Shown here piece after piece: positions 1-10,221 of a DNA stretch of 64,000 bases (the stretch's first letter is position 1; each line of letters opens with the position of its first letter). Below the pieces are notes generated by a model. It did not search any database, was not told the origin of the DNA, and was given only the letters and a program-made list of their open reading frames with translations. Where the stretch lies: the NCBI GenBank assembly GCA_965214935.1, contig CBDCCS010000011.1:221006-285005 (forward strand). The letters are read 5' to 3'. Both the position numbers and the translations under genes were made by a program. The stretch comes from Candidatus Velthaea sp. (GTDB taxonomy: Bacteria; Vulcanimicrobiota; Vulcanimicrobiia; Vulcanimicrobiales; Vulcanimicrobiaceae).

Positions 1-2
1 TC

Positions 3-299
3 GTTACCGCTTGCGCCGTGAAAGCGTTGGGCGGCGACATGCAAGGACGGCTATGGTTACGCAACGATGACGACGCAGCATTTGCCGTTGCCGAAGGCAT
101 CGATCCGGCGCGCACCCTGTGCCTGGACGACTTGTGCGCCGCCGATGGTGCGATACTCGCGGCGACCGGCGTAACCGACGGTGAACTGCTAACCGGCGTC
201 CGATTTGAAGCCGGGATCGCGTTTACGCAGTCGATCGTGATTTCGGGCCTGACCCGGACGTTGCGGATGCTCGATTGCCAGCACTTTCCGGCGCGCTGA
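3..299 (+). CDS. glpX: Class II fructose-1,6-bisphosphatase, C-terminal part (truncated by window start)
   Basis: Frame is open from base 3. Contains KALGGDMQGRL and AATGVTDGELLTGVRF, typical of the GlpX C-terminus. Confidence 0.88.
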   Translation, partial: VTACAVKALGGDMQGRLWLRNDDDAAFAVAEGIDPARTLCLDDLCAADGAILAATGVTDGELLTGVRFEAGIAFTQSIVISGLTRTLRMLDCQHFPAR

Positions 300-304
300 A
301 ACAG

Positions 305-835
305 ATGCGATTCGAACGGCGCGCCAAGCGGACCGTCTACAGCAATCCCTGGATCCGCTTCGAGGCGCATGACATCGTGCATCCCAATGGGACGCCCGGC
401 GAGCATGGACTTGTTATTAATCCGCCCGCGAGTGCCGTCGTCGTTTACGACGCCGGCGACGTGTATTTCACTCGTCAGGCACGCTTTGCCGTCGACGCGG
501 TGATACTCGAAATTGTCAAAGGCGGCTCTGAAGCCGGTGAATCGGCGCTCGCCGCCGCGCAGCGCGAGACGCGCGAAGAGCTCGGCTTCGAGGCCGCGCG
601 GTGGGATGCACTTGGCTTTGCTTACGAATTACCGTCGATCGTGCAACATCGCGTTGCGTTATTTCTCGCCCGCGACCTGACGCACGTCGCAACGCAGCTC
701 GAACGCGTCGAGTCGATCGAAACCGTTCGCCTGCCGTGGGATGCCGCAATGTCGGCAGTCTATGACGGCACGATCGACGACGCTGTAACCGGTCTTGCCC
801 TGATGCGCGCAGCGCATCTGCTCGCGCAGACGTGA
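305..835 (+). CDS. NUDIX hydrolase (ADP-ribose pyrophosphatase-like)
   Basis: Nudix box variant GGSEAGESALAAAQRETREELG. ATG at 305, just after the glpX stop. Confidence 0.85.
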   Translation: MRFERRAKRTVYSNPWIRFEAHDIVHPNGTPGEHGLVINPPASAVVVYDAGDVYFTRQARFAVDAVILEIVKGGSEAGESALAAAQRETREELGFEAARWDALGFAYELPSIVQHRVALFLARDLTHVATQLERVESIETVRLPWDAAMSAVYDGTIDDAVTGLALMRAAHLLAQT

Positions 836-933
836 CCGTTCGCTCGATGTGGAAGCCGCCAAGCGGAATTCCCGTGCGCCGAACCGCAGTCTAGCGTTTC
901 ATTATCGACGAAAAGCGAAGGAGCGATTGACGG

Positions 934-1149
934 GTGAACGAGCGAGAATTAGCCGGCGAGTCGAACGAAGCCGGTGGGCTGGTCGATAGCGTTTACGCTT
1001 TACGCCAAGCAGCAATCGACCACGGTCTTGCGCTTGCCAAGTTGCAAGCCAGTCCATCGACTATCGCTCGTGATGAACTGCTCGATACACAAATTACACT
1101 TGAGGAGAAGACTGCCGCTGCAATCGAGGAATGCGGCGATGCGAAATAA
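934..1149 (+). CDS. Small helical hypothetical protein (71 aa)
   Basis: AAGGAG at 918-923 upstream of GTG. Plausible amphipathic helical composition. Confidence 0.55.
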   Translation: MNERELAGESNEAGGLVDSVYALRQAAIDHGLALAKLQASPSTIARDELLDTQITLEEKTAAAIEECGDAK

Positions 1150-1159
1150 ATGGCAGAAG

Positions 1160-1585
1160 TTAAGATTCTCCGGTTCGATCGCTCGCTGAGGCCGCTGCAA
1201 CTCGCGGACCGCGCTTGTATAAGCGCACCAACGTGCCCCCATCCTCGAACGTTACGCGATCCATAAGTTCGCGCATGATCGTGATGCCGAAACCTCGGAC
1301 CGACAACGGATCTCGCCGCGGAACCTTTTCAACGTCGAAACCCGGGCCCCGATCGTGGACTGAAATAAGCAATCCGTGCCCGTCGTAAGCGCAGGTGACT
1401 ACAATCGACCCGAGGTTGCGCGCTCCATGCTCGACGGCATTGGCCAATGCTTCGCCGGCAGCAAAAACGACATCGCTCAGCTCAACAGACGTAAAGCCGC
1501 AGAGGCGGGCATAATCGGCGACCGCGCATCGCGCTTGATGCACAGAACTGGGCGCGCCACGAAAACGGGCACAGTACGCATTCAC
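1160..1585 (-). CDS. RsbW/SpoIIAB-like anti-sigma-factor ATP-binding protein (HATPase_c_2)
   Basis: N-box GEALANAVEHG, G1 box VHDRGPGFD, G2 box RGFGITIMRELMD. GGAGAAG upstream of GTG. Confidence 0.85.
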   Translation of the reverse strand: MNAYCARFRGAPSSVHQARCAVADYARLCGFTSVELSDVVFAAGEALANAVEHGARNLGSIVVTCAYDGHGLLISVHDRGPGFDVEKVPRRDPLSVRGFGITIMRELMDRVTFEDGGTLVRLYKRGPRVAAASASDRTGES

Positions 1586-2288
1586 TTATCATGCTTCTCC
1601 ATCAGACTGTATTTTAAACTTCCTGATGCGGTAGGTCTGAAATCTTGTGCGCTACTTACAAAGCAGAACGTCAGTTCTACATACGCCCGAATTCGGTCCA
1701 TGTTATCGGTTGGAGGCAACGCGTGAAGCGCCTCATGCGCTAAACTATTTAGCGTTCTTCGCCGCGGCCGCAATCGTGCAAGGTTTTTAGACTGCAGCCA
1801 CATTGGCACGAACGAGCGATCGCGTCGGCACAACCGGCGCCGATCTTTGGCGTTGATGACGTGCATCCTGCCGCACACAGCGCACAAAGACGATCGGGGA
1901 CGGGAGTTCAGTAAATATTCTCATCGCGCGACGAGCCGGTGTTGCCGCCGGTCGCACGATCGACGATCAAGGTATCGAAGATCGCATTGCAGCGCTCGCC
2001 CGTGAGACCCGGAGATGCCGAGAGATACGCAGACCGCTTAATGACGGACTAGTGGTCGTTGCGTCGTGGCTCGCGCAATCGGGCCTCGTTTGCCGGCAAC
2101 GGCAGGAACTCACCGCTGACGGGATTGAGCTCCGCGCGCTCCGTATGGAAGACGTGCGTCGCGCGGCCGGCTTACGAACGGACGGCAGCGTACGAGGTGA
2201 CATCTCTCCGTTCGGACTTCGTCGAGCGAACGCTAAACGAAGACCCTAGCGGCAGAGAACGACCAGAGCTTGGAGCTTGCAGATACGA

Positions 2289-2987
2289 ATGGGCTCGGCG
2301 ATCGATGTAGAGCAACAACGGGCGCTTGAGTTGCGCGACGCGCAAATCAAAGCGGGACAGCTTTTCGACGAAGTGCAGCGCCGCGGTCTCATTGCGCCGG
2401 GCGCCACGGAGAAGAGCGTCAACGATGCGATCTTTGCGCTCGCTCAACAGCTGTTCGACATTTCAACGTACTGGCACAAGCGGATCGTTCGCGCCGGAGT
2501 CAACACGCTGACTCCGTATGCAAAGAATCCGCCGAACCGCACGATCGGCAACGACGACATCGTGTTCCTCGATTTCGGTCCCGTGTTCGAGAACTGGGAG
2601 GCGGATTTCGGTCGCACGTTCGTCATCGGCGACGACCCGCTCAAGCTCAAGCTGCAGCATGACGTCGGCCGAGCCTTCGCAGCCGGAAAGCAATACTTTA
2701 ACGAGCATCCGACGCTGACCAGTCGCCAACTTTTTCGCTACGCATGCGACTTAGCGGCAAACGACGGCTGGGAATTCGGCGGACCGATTGCCGGACATCT
2801 CATCGGTCACTTTCCTCACGAGCGCATAGCCGGTGATAGGATTTCGCTGTACATCCATCCCGAAAACGACACGATTTTGCGGTCGGCCGACGCACGCGGC
2901 AACAAGCGCCACTGGATTTTTGAGATCCACTTCGTCGATCGCTTACACCGGATCGGCGGTTTCTATGAGGAACTGCTCACGCTGTGA
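2289..2987 (+). CDS. M24-family metallopeptidase (single catalytic domain)
   Basis: Metal-ligand motifs DFGPVFENWEADFGRT, GHLIGHFPHE, WIFEIHF and FYEELL. ATG at 2289. Confidence 0.8.
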   Translation: MGSAIDVEQQRALELRDAQIKAGQLFDEVQRRGLIAPGATEKSVNDAIFALAQQLFDISTYWHKRIVRAGVNTLTPYAKNPPNRTIGNDDIVFLDFGPVFENWEADFGRTFVIGDDPLKLKLQHDVGRAFAAGKQYFNEHPTLTSRQLFRYACDLAANDGWEFGGPIAGHLIGHFPHERIAGDRISLYIHPENDTILRSADARGNKRHWIFEIHFVDRLHRIGGFYEELLTL

Positions 2988-3024
2988 TGCAAGCTGCTCC
3001 GGCCGCGGCTGTCGTCAGCGCCGC

Positions 3025-3675
3025 CTACGGTTGGACCGCCGGCGTCGGCATCACGGCCGGTGGCACGGTCTTTTGCAACCACAAGTTCTCGGGTTGATCG
3101 AGAGCCGCGTTGATCCAGCGCGACCAGACGAAAAGTGCATCGGACAGCCGGTTGATATACCGAACGACGTCGGCTGAGACCGGATCGTTATCGTTGAGGG
3201 TGGTTAGTAAGCGCTCGGCGCGGCGGCAGACGGTTCGCGCTTGATGCAAAAATGCGCCGGCATACGCGCCGCCCGGATGGATAAAATGCGCGAGTGCCGC
3301 CAGATCGAGCGAGGCTTCATCGATCGCCCGTTCAAGCGCCAGCGCGTCGCTCTCGGCGACGAGCGGCATGCCGTCCCAGCGATCTTGCTGCAACGTGGCC
3401 AGTTCGCTGCCGACGTTGAAAAGGACATCTTGCGTCCAAGCGAGCCACTCATCGAGCCGCGTCGCAACGGCGTTCGCACGCGCCGCATCCTGCACCGGGC
3501 GCCGGCGTCCAACGTCAGTCAGCGCCGTCCGGGCGAGACCGATCACGCTCGAAAGTTCGTCGATCGTCCCATAGGTTTCAATCCGCAGCGCGTTCTTTTT
3601 GACGCGTTGACCGCCGACGAGCCCGGTCGTGCCGTCGTCGCCGCTGCGCGTGTAAATTCGCGTGTACTTTGCCAT
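3025..3675 (-). CDS. pduO: PduO-type ATP:cob(I)alamin adenosyltransferase
   Basis: IYTRSGDDGTT, YGTIDELSS, HQARTVCRRAER and YINRLSDALF motifs. Start MAKYTRIYT at 3675. Confidence 0.9.
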   Translation of the reverse strand: MAKYTRIYTRSGDDGTTGLVGGQRVKKNALRIETYGTIDELSSVIGLARTALTDVGRRRPVQDAARANAVATRLDEWLAWTQDVLFNVGSELATLQQDRWDGMPLVAESDALALERAIDEASLDLAALAHFIHPGGAYAGAFLHQARTVCRRAERLLTTLNDNDPVSADVVRYINRLSDALFVWSRWINAALDQPENLWLQKTVPPAVMPTPAVQP

Positions 3676-3744
3676 GCATCGGCGGCGTTCGCCGCAGCGC
3701 GCGAAGGACGCTTTTCGGCCTCTGCGAACCCAGGTCAGTTGACC

Positions 3745-5211
3745 ATGATCAAGGACGAAGAAACACCCGCGAAGACGCCGTTTGTTAAGGAGATTCCGCG
3801 CAAAGCCGACGATCTGAGCGAGTGGTATCAAGCCGTCTGTTACAAAGCCGAACTCGTTTCACTCTCACCTGTCCGTGGTTGCGTCGTCCTGCGCCCGTAT
3901 GGTTTTGGTTTATGGGAGCGTCTGCAGAGCGAACTCGACCGGCGCTTCAAAGATACCGGTCACGAGAATGCGTATTTCCCGTTGCTGATTCCCGAATCGC
4001 TGCTCGCGCGCGAAGCCGAACATGTCGAAGGCTTTGCGCCCGAAGTTGCGTGGGTAACGCAGGGCGGAAACGAAAAGCTGACCGAACGGCTGGCGATTCG
4101 GCCGACCTCCGAGGTCATCATCGGCACGATGTATGCCGAATGGGTGCAATCGTACCGCGACCTGCCGATTCTCATCAATCAGTGGGCGAACGTCATGCGT
4201 TGGGAAAAGCGCACGCGGCCATTTCTGCGCACGCTCGAATTTTTATGGCAAGAGGGCCATACGGCGCACGAAACGCGCGAAGAAGCCGCCGCTGAAGTTG
4301 CTCAAATGCTCGAAGTCTATCGCGAAGTTGCCGAAGACGTCGTCGGCGTACCGGTTTACAAAGGCGAAAAGAGTGCCGCCGAACGCTTTGCGGGTGCCGA
4401 CCATACTTATTCGATCGAGGCCCTCATGCCGGACGGCAAAGCGCTGCAAGCCGGAACGTCGCATGAACTCGGTCAGAATTTTGCCCGTGCCTACGACATC
4501 ACGTTCGCCGCCCGCGATCAAACGCAGCAGCATGCCTGGACAACATCGTGGGGCATGTCGTGGCGTATGCTCGGCGCGCTCATCATGGTGCACGGCGACG
4601 ATCAAGGCTTGCGCATCCCGCCGAAAATGGCGCCGATCGAAGTCGTGCTCGTGCCCATCAAGCGCGGTGAAAGCACGCAAACGCTCGACTTCGCCAAGCA
4701 ATTGCAAGCGCGGTTGCGCTCCGAGTTCCGGGTGAAACTCGACGAGCGCGATCTGCGGCCGGGCAACAAATATGCCGACTGGGATCTGCGGGGTGTCCCG
4801 GTGCGCATCGTGATCGGTGAACGCGATCTTAGCGACGATAAGGTGACGCTCGTGCGGCGCGATTACGCGCCGAAAACCGAGGGTCGAGAAATGATCGTCG
4901 CGACAAGTGAAATTGCCGCGACGCTGCGGACGCTGCTCGTCGACATTCAAGCCAATCTTTACGCCCAAGCGCGCACGTTTCTTGCCGAACATACGCTCGC
5001 GCCGGCCACCCACAATGAGTTCATTCAGAAAGCCAAAGCGCGCGCCGGCATGCTCGACATTCCTTGGTGCAACCGGCCGGCGTGCGAGGCTGCCGTGAAG
5101 GAAACAACGAGCGCGACGACGCGCAATTTGCGTCAACCCGCTCGGGGACCGATATGTCTTGCTTGCGGTGAACCCGCAACGGTGCAAGCATACTTCGCGC
5201 AAAGTTATTAA
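3745..5211 (+). CDS. proS: Proline--tRNA ligase (archaeal/eukaryote-like type, no INS editing domain)
   Basis: LAIRPTSE, QWANVMRWE, FLRTLEFLWQEGHT, QAGTSHELGQNF and C-terminal YFAQSY. ATG at 3745. Confidence 0.96.
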   Translation: MIKDEETPAKTPFVKEIPRKADDLSEWYQAVCYKAELVSLSPVRGCVVLRPYGFGLWERLQSELDRRFKDTGHENAYFPLLIPESLLAREAEHVEGFAPEVAWVTQGGNEKLTERLAIRPTSEVIIGTMYAEWVQSYRDLPILINQWANVMRWEKRTRPFLRTLEFLWQEGHTAHETREEAAAEVAQMLEVYREVAEDVVGVPVYKGEKSAAERFAGADHTYSIEALMPDGKALQAGTSHELGQNFARAYDITFAARDQTQQHAWTTSWGMSWRMLGALIMVHGDDQGLRIPPKMAPIEVVLVPIKRGESTQTLDFAKQLQARLRSEFRVKLDERDLRPGNKYADWDLRGVPVRIVIGERDLSDDKVTLVRRDYAPKTEGREMIVATSEIAATLRTLLVDIQANLYAQARTFLAEHTLAPATHNEFIQKAKARAGMLDIPWCNRPACEAAVKETTSATTRNLRQPARGPICLACGEPATVQAYFAQSY

Positions 5212-5725
5212 CTTCGCAGCGTTCGTGCTCGGCGTGACGCTCAGCGGTCCGGCCCGCACTGCCGATATCGAGATGCGGGCGACGGCGCGTGCCCGCGGCA
5301 CCGATCACGTGACGGCCGTCGCCATCGGCCGAGCCGTGTTGGCCCAACCGTTCGCCGCGCAGATCACGCGCATTCGGTGCGAAAAACTCGGCTCTCACCG
5401 GATCTGCGGGATCGTGCTATCGGGCGTGAAATTCAAACGCGCGTTGGACCGGCGTGGCTTTTTAGCCGAGGTGAGCGGTATCATTCGCACGGCTTTTGCG
5501 CTCGCGCCGCTCGAAGAAGTCGATCTCTGGACGACCGTTCCGCTCGATGCCGGCAAAGGCGTCGTGGTAAGCGGCGATCTCGCGGCGGCGACTTCGGCGA
5601 CCGTGTTCGCCATTACGGTACCGCGGGCGGCGATCGGGCGCTTGAACGATCGGCTCGCAAGCGGTCGCGATGTGTTCTGGGACTCGGCATTTGCCGACGC
5701 GCTTGCGCAGGGAGCTCCGCAATGA
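5207..5725 (+). CDS. Hypothetical protein, possibly exported; start uncertain (ATT 5207 overlapping proS stop, GTG 5225, or TTG 5159)
   Basis: Fills the gap between proS and the M16 gene, with an ATGA overlap at its 3' end. Hydrophobic N-terminus INFAAFVLGVTLSGPA. Confidence 0.65.
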   Translation: MNFAAFVLGVTLSGPARTADIEMRATARARGTDHVTAVAIGRAVLAQPFAAQITRIRCEKLGSHRICGIVLSGVKFKRALDRRGFLAEVSGIIRTAFALAPLEEVDLWTTVPLDAGKGVVVSGDLAAATSATVFAITVPRAAIGRLNDRLASGRDVFWDSAFADALAQGAPQ

Positions 5726-6978
5726 TTCGATCGACCACGTTGCCCAGCGGCGTTCGCGTGCTGACCGAAGCGATGCCGCACGTTCGTTCGGCAACGATCG
5801 GCATTTGGGCCGATGTCGGTTCGGCGGCCGAACCGCCGGAGCGGCGCGGTGTTTCACATCTCGTCGAGCACATGCTCTTTAAGGGAACGCAGCGGCGAAC
5901 TGCCCAGCGTATCGCGCAGGAGATGGACGGAATCGGCGGCGAGATCAACGCCTTTACCGATAAAGAATCGACATGCTATTACGCGCACGTGATGGATCGG
6001 CACTTGCCGATTGCCGTCGACGTGTTAGGCGATATGTTTCTGCATTCGCGCTTCGATCCGGACGACTTACGGAAAGAGCAGCAAGTCGTGCTTGAAGAGA
6101 TTCGCATGTACGACGATTCGCCCGATGAAATGATCCACGATCTGTTCACCCGGACCATGTGGGGCGGGTCGCAATTAGGCGAACCGACGATCGGATACGC
6201 CCAGACCGTCACCGCGCTCGTCAGCGACGATTTGCGCGGCTGGATGCAGCAGCGCTATGCGCCGCAGACCGTTTTAGTTACTGCGGCGGGAAATCTCGAG
6301 CACGACGCCGTCGTCGAACTCATCAGCGGAGCGTTCGAGGGATTTGCGGGCCGGGCGGCGAGCCCGGTCGCCGACCGCCCGCAGCCGACGCCCGGCATCT
6401 GCGTGACGTACAAAGAGACCGAACAAGCGTATGTGATGCTTGGTTCGCGCGGCTTGGGTTTGCGTGACGAAGATCGCTACGCGCTCTCGGTGCTCGATAC
6501 GATCATCGGCGGGGGAATGTCGAGCCGGTTATTTCAGGAAGTGCGCGAGAAACGTGGCTTAGCGTATAGCGTTTATTCATTTCAGCAGGGCTATCGAGAA
6601 GCGGGGCTTTTCGGCATTTATGCCGGGACGTCGCCCGAGCGCGCTCAAGAGTGCATCGACGTGATTTGCGCGGAACTCGATGCCGCGCTCGGCGGGGTGA
6701 CCGACGCCGAGGTCGCACTTGCACGCGAACATCTCAAAGGCAATCTTACCTTAGCGCTCGAGAGCACGTCGAGTCGCATGATGCGCTTGGGCCGCAACGA
6801 GCTCGTCTACGGCCGTCAAGTGTCGGTTGAAGAGCTCGAACGGCGCATCGACGGCATCGATACCGCCGCGGTCGGGCGCATTGCCGAGGTCGTTTTAGCG
6901 CCGCAAACGCGCGGGCTGTGCGTGCTCGGGCCGTTGACCGAAGATTCAATTCGGTTTACGCCGCGACGCGCGGCGTAA
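5722..6978 (+). CDS. M16 (pitrilysin-family) zinc peptidase
   Basis: Inverted zinc motif HLVEH, NAFTDKE, and SSRLFQEVREKRGLAY. Confidence 0.92.
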   Translation: MIRSTTLPSGVRVLTEAMPHVRSATIGIWADVGSAAEPPERRGVSHLVEHMLFKGTQRRTAQRIAQEMDGIGGEINAFTDKESTCYYAHVMDRHLPIAVDVLGDMFLHSRFDPDDLRKEQQVVLEEIRMYDDSPDEMIHDLFTRTMWGGSQLGEPTIGYAQTVTALVSDDLRGWMQQRYAPQTVLVTAAGNLEHDAVVELISGAFEGFAGRAASPVADRPQPTPGICVTYKETEQAYVMLGSRGLGLRDEDRYALSVLDTIIGGGMSSRLFQEVREKRGLAYSVYSFQQGYREAGLFGIYAGTSPERAQECIDVICAELDAALGGVTDAEVALAREHLKGNLTLALESTSSRMMRLGRNELVYGRQVSVEELERRIDGIDTAAVGRIAEVVLAPQTRGLCVLGPLTEDSIRFTPRRAA

Positions 6979-6986
6979 CGGGCGGC

Positions 6987-7883
6987 GTGGATTGGCACGC
7001 CGTCTTTGCCGGTCAACTGATCGTTGCAATGATTTTAAACTGCGTGACGCAAGCAATTCAGATCGGTGCTTACGCGGCGCGATATGCCGGCGTCGTTACC
7101 GGGCGCATTGCTACGGCGATCTCGCTCTTTAGCTTATTCGTTACGGCCAGCCGCTTAGCATCATTATTTTTAACGCCGTCTTTGGGGGCGATCGCCGACA
7201 ACACCGCTCGCTCGGCGATCATGGCGCACCGGACCATCGTCGCGCCCGAACTCGCCGCGCGCTTCGACGTCCAGATGCGCTTGATCGTCGCTAGCGGGAC
7301 GCTCGGCATTGCGCTCGGTGCAATCCTCATGCCGCTTTTTCTCATGCTCTTCACGCGCGGTATCAAGTCGTTCGAGCGGCACGGTTCGATTCCGCGCGGC
7401 CTCCTGCGGCTGCTCGATCCGCGCGTCCTCATCGGACTCGCACGCGCAACGACGATTCCGCCGCCGTCCCGGCTGTTGAGCTTTCCACTCAAAGCCGTTC
7501 CGCGCCAGCTGCTTATCGCCAACATGGTGCTCATGGGTGTCTATGCCGTCGGCGTGGTGGCAGCGTATTATGCGAGCATTCTCGTACTCGATGCGCGTAC
7601 GACCGCGACCGGGCTTTCGGGCTTGGTTAATGGCGTCGGCACGATCGCTTTTTCCGTGTTCGTCGATCCGACATCGGCGTATATCGTCGATCAAACCGTT
7701 CGCGGCGAGCGGCCGCGCGACGACGTGCGAGCGATGATTTTCTGGCTGATCGTCACCGCCTTCATCGGAACCATCCTCGCGCAGTTGATCCTGCTTCCGG
7801 CCGCGCAGTATATCGCTGCTGCCGCCCAAGCATTCACGCACCCGCCCGACATCTTCGCTCATCTACCGGGGATCAAGCGTTGA
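6987..7883 (+). CDS. amj: Amj-family (DUF2837) alternative lipid II flippase
   Basis: Recalled similarity to B. subtilis Amj: AYAARYAG..TGRIATAISLF, SRLA, SGLVNGVGTI..VFVDP, GTILAQL. Multi-TM. Confidence 0.8.
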   Translation: MDWHAVFAGQLIVAMILNCVTQAIQIGAYAARYAGVVTGRIATAISLFSLFVTASRLASLFLTPSLGAIADNTARSAIMAHRTIVAPELAARFDVQMRLIVASGTLGIALGAILMPLFLMLFTRGIKSFERHGSIPRGLLRLLDPRVLIGLARATTIPPPSRLLSFPLKAVPRQLLIANMVLMGVYAVGVVAAYYASILVLDARTTATGLSGLVNGVGTIAFSVFVDPTSAYIVDQTVRGERPRDDVRAMIFWLIVTAFIGTILAQLILLPAAQYIAAAAQAFTHPPDIFAHLPGIKR

Positions 7884-7954
7884 ACGTCGCGCGCCGAGCG
7901 TTCCTTCGTCAGCAGCCTTGCAAGCTTCGGATCGACAAGGGAGAGAACCGGTAC

Positions 7955-8611
7955 ATGAGGGCGATGTTGCGCGTAGCCGTTGTTGCGGCTCTCGTGCTGA
8001 CGCAAAGCGGTTGTGCAACCGGTGTTGCGCACTGGATCGCGCAAACGCGCAACCATCAGGGCGACGTCGCGCTCGTTCACGGCAACGATCCCGACGCGTC
8101 CGAGGCATATGAGTTAGCGCTTAAAGTCGAGCCGCATAACGAGCACGCGCGAACCGGCTTCGTCAGCGTGCAGTTACGGATCGCCAAGGATCTCTTCACG
8201 CTCTCGAAATTCGATGACGCCATAGCGGCGTTAGCCCTGGCCGCCAAATACTCACCGGATGATGACCGCATTACCGCCTTGCGATCGCAGCTCGAACAAG
8301 CGCAAATCAAGCGCGATATCGTTATCTCAAATTTCCCCTCGTTCAAAGAGACCAGTACGAATATCCGCCGCTCTTTTGCCGGCGTAAAGCGTTCGACCGA
8401 AACAATCGGCACGTCGATCGCGCGCTTCGAGTACACGTACGATACGAATGACTTGACGCTTGCAATCCAGCAGAGTTACGAACTCAACGCGGAGATTGCA
8501 CGCGATACGACGCGACTCATCAACTTGCGGCAGCTCGCCGAATCCGGCGCGCCGGAATCGAAAGCGGCCGATAGTCTTGCTCCGCCGGCGTCGCTGTTGC
8601 CGTTGCCCTAG
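7955..8611 (+). CDS. Putative TPR-like lipoprotein
   Basis: Signal peptide ending in TQSGC lipobox-like sequence. TPR-like helices ([15 protein letters not shown]). GGGAGAG upstream. Confidence 0.65.
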   Translation: MRAMLRVAVVAALVLTQSGCATGVAHWIAQTRNHQGDVALVHGNDPDASEAYELALKVEPHNEHARTGFVSVQLRIAKDLFTLSKFDDAIAALALAAKYSPDDDRITALRSQLEQAQIKRDIVISNFPSFKETSTNIRRSFAGVKRSTETIGTSIARFEYTYDTNDLTLAIQQSYELNAEIARDTTRLINLRQLAESGAPESKAADSLAPPASLLPLP

Positions 8612-8676
8612 CCGCGCGCGGTCCGACGCCGTCGTGCGCTCTAAATTCAAGCCGCCGGTCCGCCGACAAGCAATAC

Positions 8677-10221
8677 GTGGCTACCAGTCTCATGCCGTCG
8701 CCGCTTCGTTTCGCGGCCGTCAATGCGATATGCTTTGGGCTCTTAGCCTGCGGCGTGATCTTCGCGGCAATGTTGTCGGCGGTGTGGTTGAGCGGCGTGA
8801 CGGCGATGGTAGCCTTTGGCGTCGCCGTTGCGTTTGCCGAGCACAGCCTGCGCGGCGGGCGCGGTGCACTAAGCGTAGCGGCGGCGAGCGTTGCACAGCG
8901 GGAGGACGGCGCCCGGAAAGACGCTGCACAATTGCGGTCCGCCCGCGAGCGGATTGCCCGGCTTGAGGCACTCCTTGAAGCCGCCGGCCGGCCCGCGCTG
9001 CTTATCGGATCCGACGGCACGCTCGAACCGGGCAATGCCCTCGGCGCCGCTTTGCTCGATACAACGGATTTCAATGCGACCGCTTCACGTCGTGCACTCG
9101 GCGGCCGGCTCTACGCGCGTGAAGGGTCAGCCGGCGCGTATCAATGGTGGGACGACGTCACCGCCCTCCAGTCCGTACGCGACAGCTTGGAGCACTCCGG
9201 CGCCGGCGGACTCGCGGCGCGGTCGACCGATCTCGTTCCGGGGTCGATGCTCGACTCGCTCGTCGCGGCACTCGACGAGACGCTCGCAGCGGTACGCACT
9301 GAAGCCGAGCGCGAACGGCACTTGGCGCTTACGGGTCGCGCCGATGTGGCCGCGGAGCAAGTATTGGCCGGGCACGACGAGATCGATCGGGCGCAAACGC
9401 TCATCGCCGATGCCATCGCGCATCTGCTCGCAAGCTTTACGGGCTTAGAACAAAAGGTCTGCCGGCAACGCGATATCGCTGCCGCGCTTGCAACAAATAC
9501 AGCCGCGGCCGAACGATCCGCTAGCGGTGAAGTTGACTCCGTCGATGCGTTCATCCGCGTTGTCGAACGGACGTTTGGCCAATTGATCGATGAAGGCTCG
9601 CAGTTGTCTAAATTAGCCGTCGATATGACCGGCTCAATGGATCACATCGGACAAAGTATGTCGCAGCTCGTCGAATCGTTTAGCGAAGTCGAGCGTATTG
9701 CCGAGCAAACGAATCTGCTTGCACTCAATGCCGCGATCGAAGCGGCGCGAGCCGGGTCGGCCGGACGCGGCTTTGCTATCGTTGCAGCGGAGGTCGGCAA
9801 ACTCGCGACGCGTTCGACGACCTTGAGCAACTCCGTACGCCAGCTCATCACGGCGATCCGGCGCGACCTGACGCAAGCTCGAGCCGGCATGTCCGCCGTC
9901 GTCACGCAAGATGACGAGTACCGGCGCAGTTCGCAAACGACGCTCAAGCATATCTTCGATGGCGGACGGCGCGTGCAGGAGCAGACGTCGTCGGCGCTTT
10001 TGGCGCTGAGCGCCAATGCCCAGGAGGTCAGCACCGACGTTCGGGACGCCGTGATCAGCTTACAATTTCACGACCTCACCTCACAGCTTCTAGCGCACAC
10101 GCGGCAACGTTTTACGGTTTTGCAGTCGGTCATCGAGGGAACCGCCGAGGTGCCCGAATTGCGCGCGATTAGCGCGGTCTCGCAACACTCGATGGCCTCG
10201 GGCGGCATCGAACTATTTTAG
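8677..10221 (+). CDS. Methyl-accepting chemotaxis protein
   Basis: Signalling hairpin [46 protein letters not shown]. Two N-terminal TM segments. Ends in GIELF. Confidence 0.9.
   Translation: MATSLMPSPLRFAAVNAICFGLLACGVIFAAMLSAVWLSGVTAMVAFGVAVAFAEHSLRGGRGALSVAAASVAQREDGARKDAAQLRSARERIARLEALLEAAGRPALLIGSDGTLEPGNALGAALLDTTDFNATASRRALGGRLYAREGSAGAYQWWDDVTALQSVRDSLEHSGAGGLAARSTDLVPGSMLDSLVAALDETLAAVRTEAERERHLALTGRADVAAEQVLAGHDEIDRAQTLIADAIAHLLASFTGLEQKVCRQRDIAAALATNTAAAERSASGEVDSVDAFIRVVERTFGQLIDEGSQLSKLAVDMTGSMDHIGQSMSQLVESFSEVERIAEQTNLLALNAAIEAARAGSAGRGFAIVAAEVGKLATRSTTLSNSVRQLITAIRRDLTQARAGMSAVVTQDDEYRRSSQTTLKHIFDGGRRVQEQTSSALLALSANAQEVSTDVRDAVISLQFHDLTSQLLAHTRQRFTVLQSVIEGTAEVPELRAISAVSQHSMASGGIELF

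Noticed and set aside
3241..3744. Long N-terminal extensions in the ORF track (proS from 3241, cinA from 21990, pyrG from 40126, tadA from 62886, CoA-binding from 34585)
   Set aside because: They overlap neighbouring genes or tRNAs. Family similarity begins at later starts.
10210..10221. Programmed -1 frameshift fusing the MCP to CheB at CTA TTT TAG
   Set aside because: No X XXY YYZ slippery heptamer, and the MCP ends in a natural pentapeptide-like C-terminus. A non-canonical start or a deletion scar is simpler.
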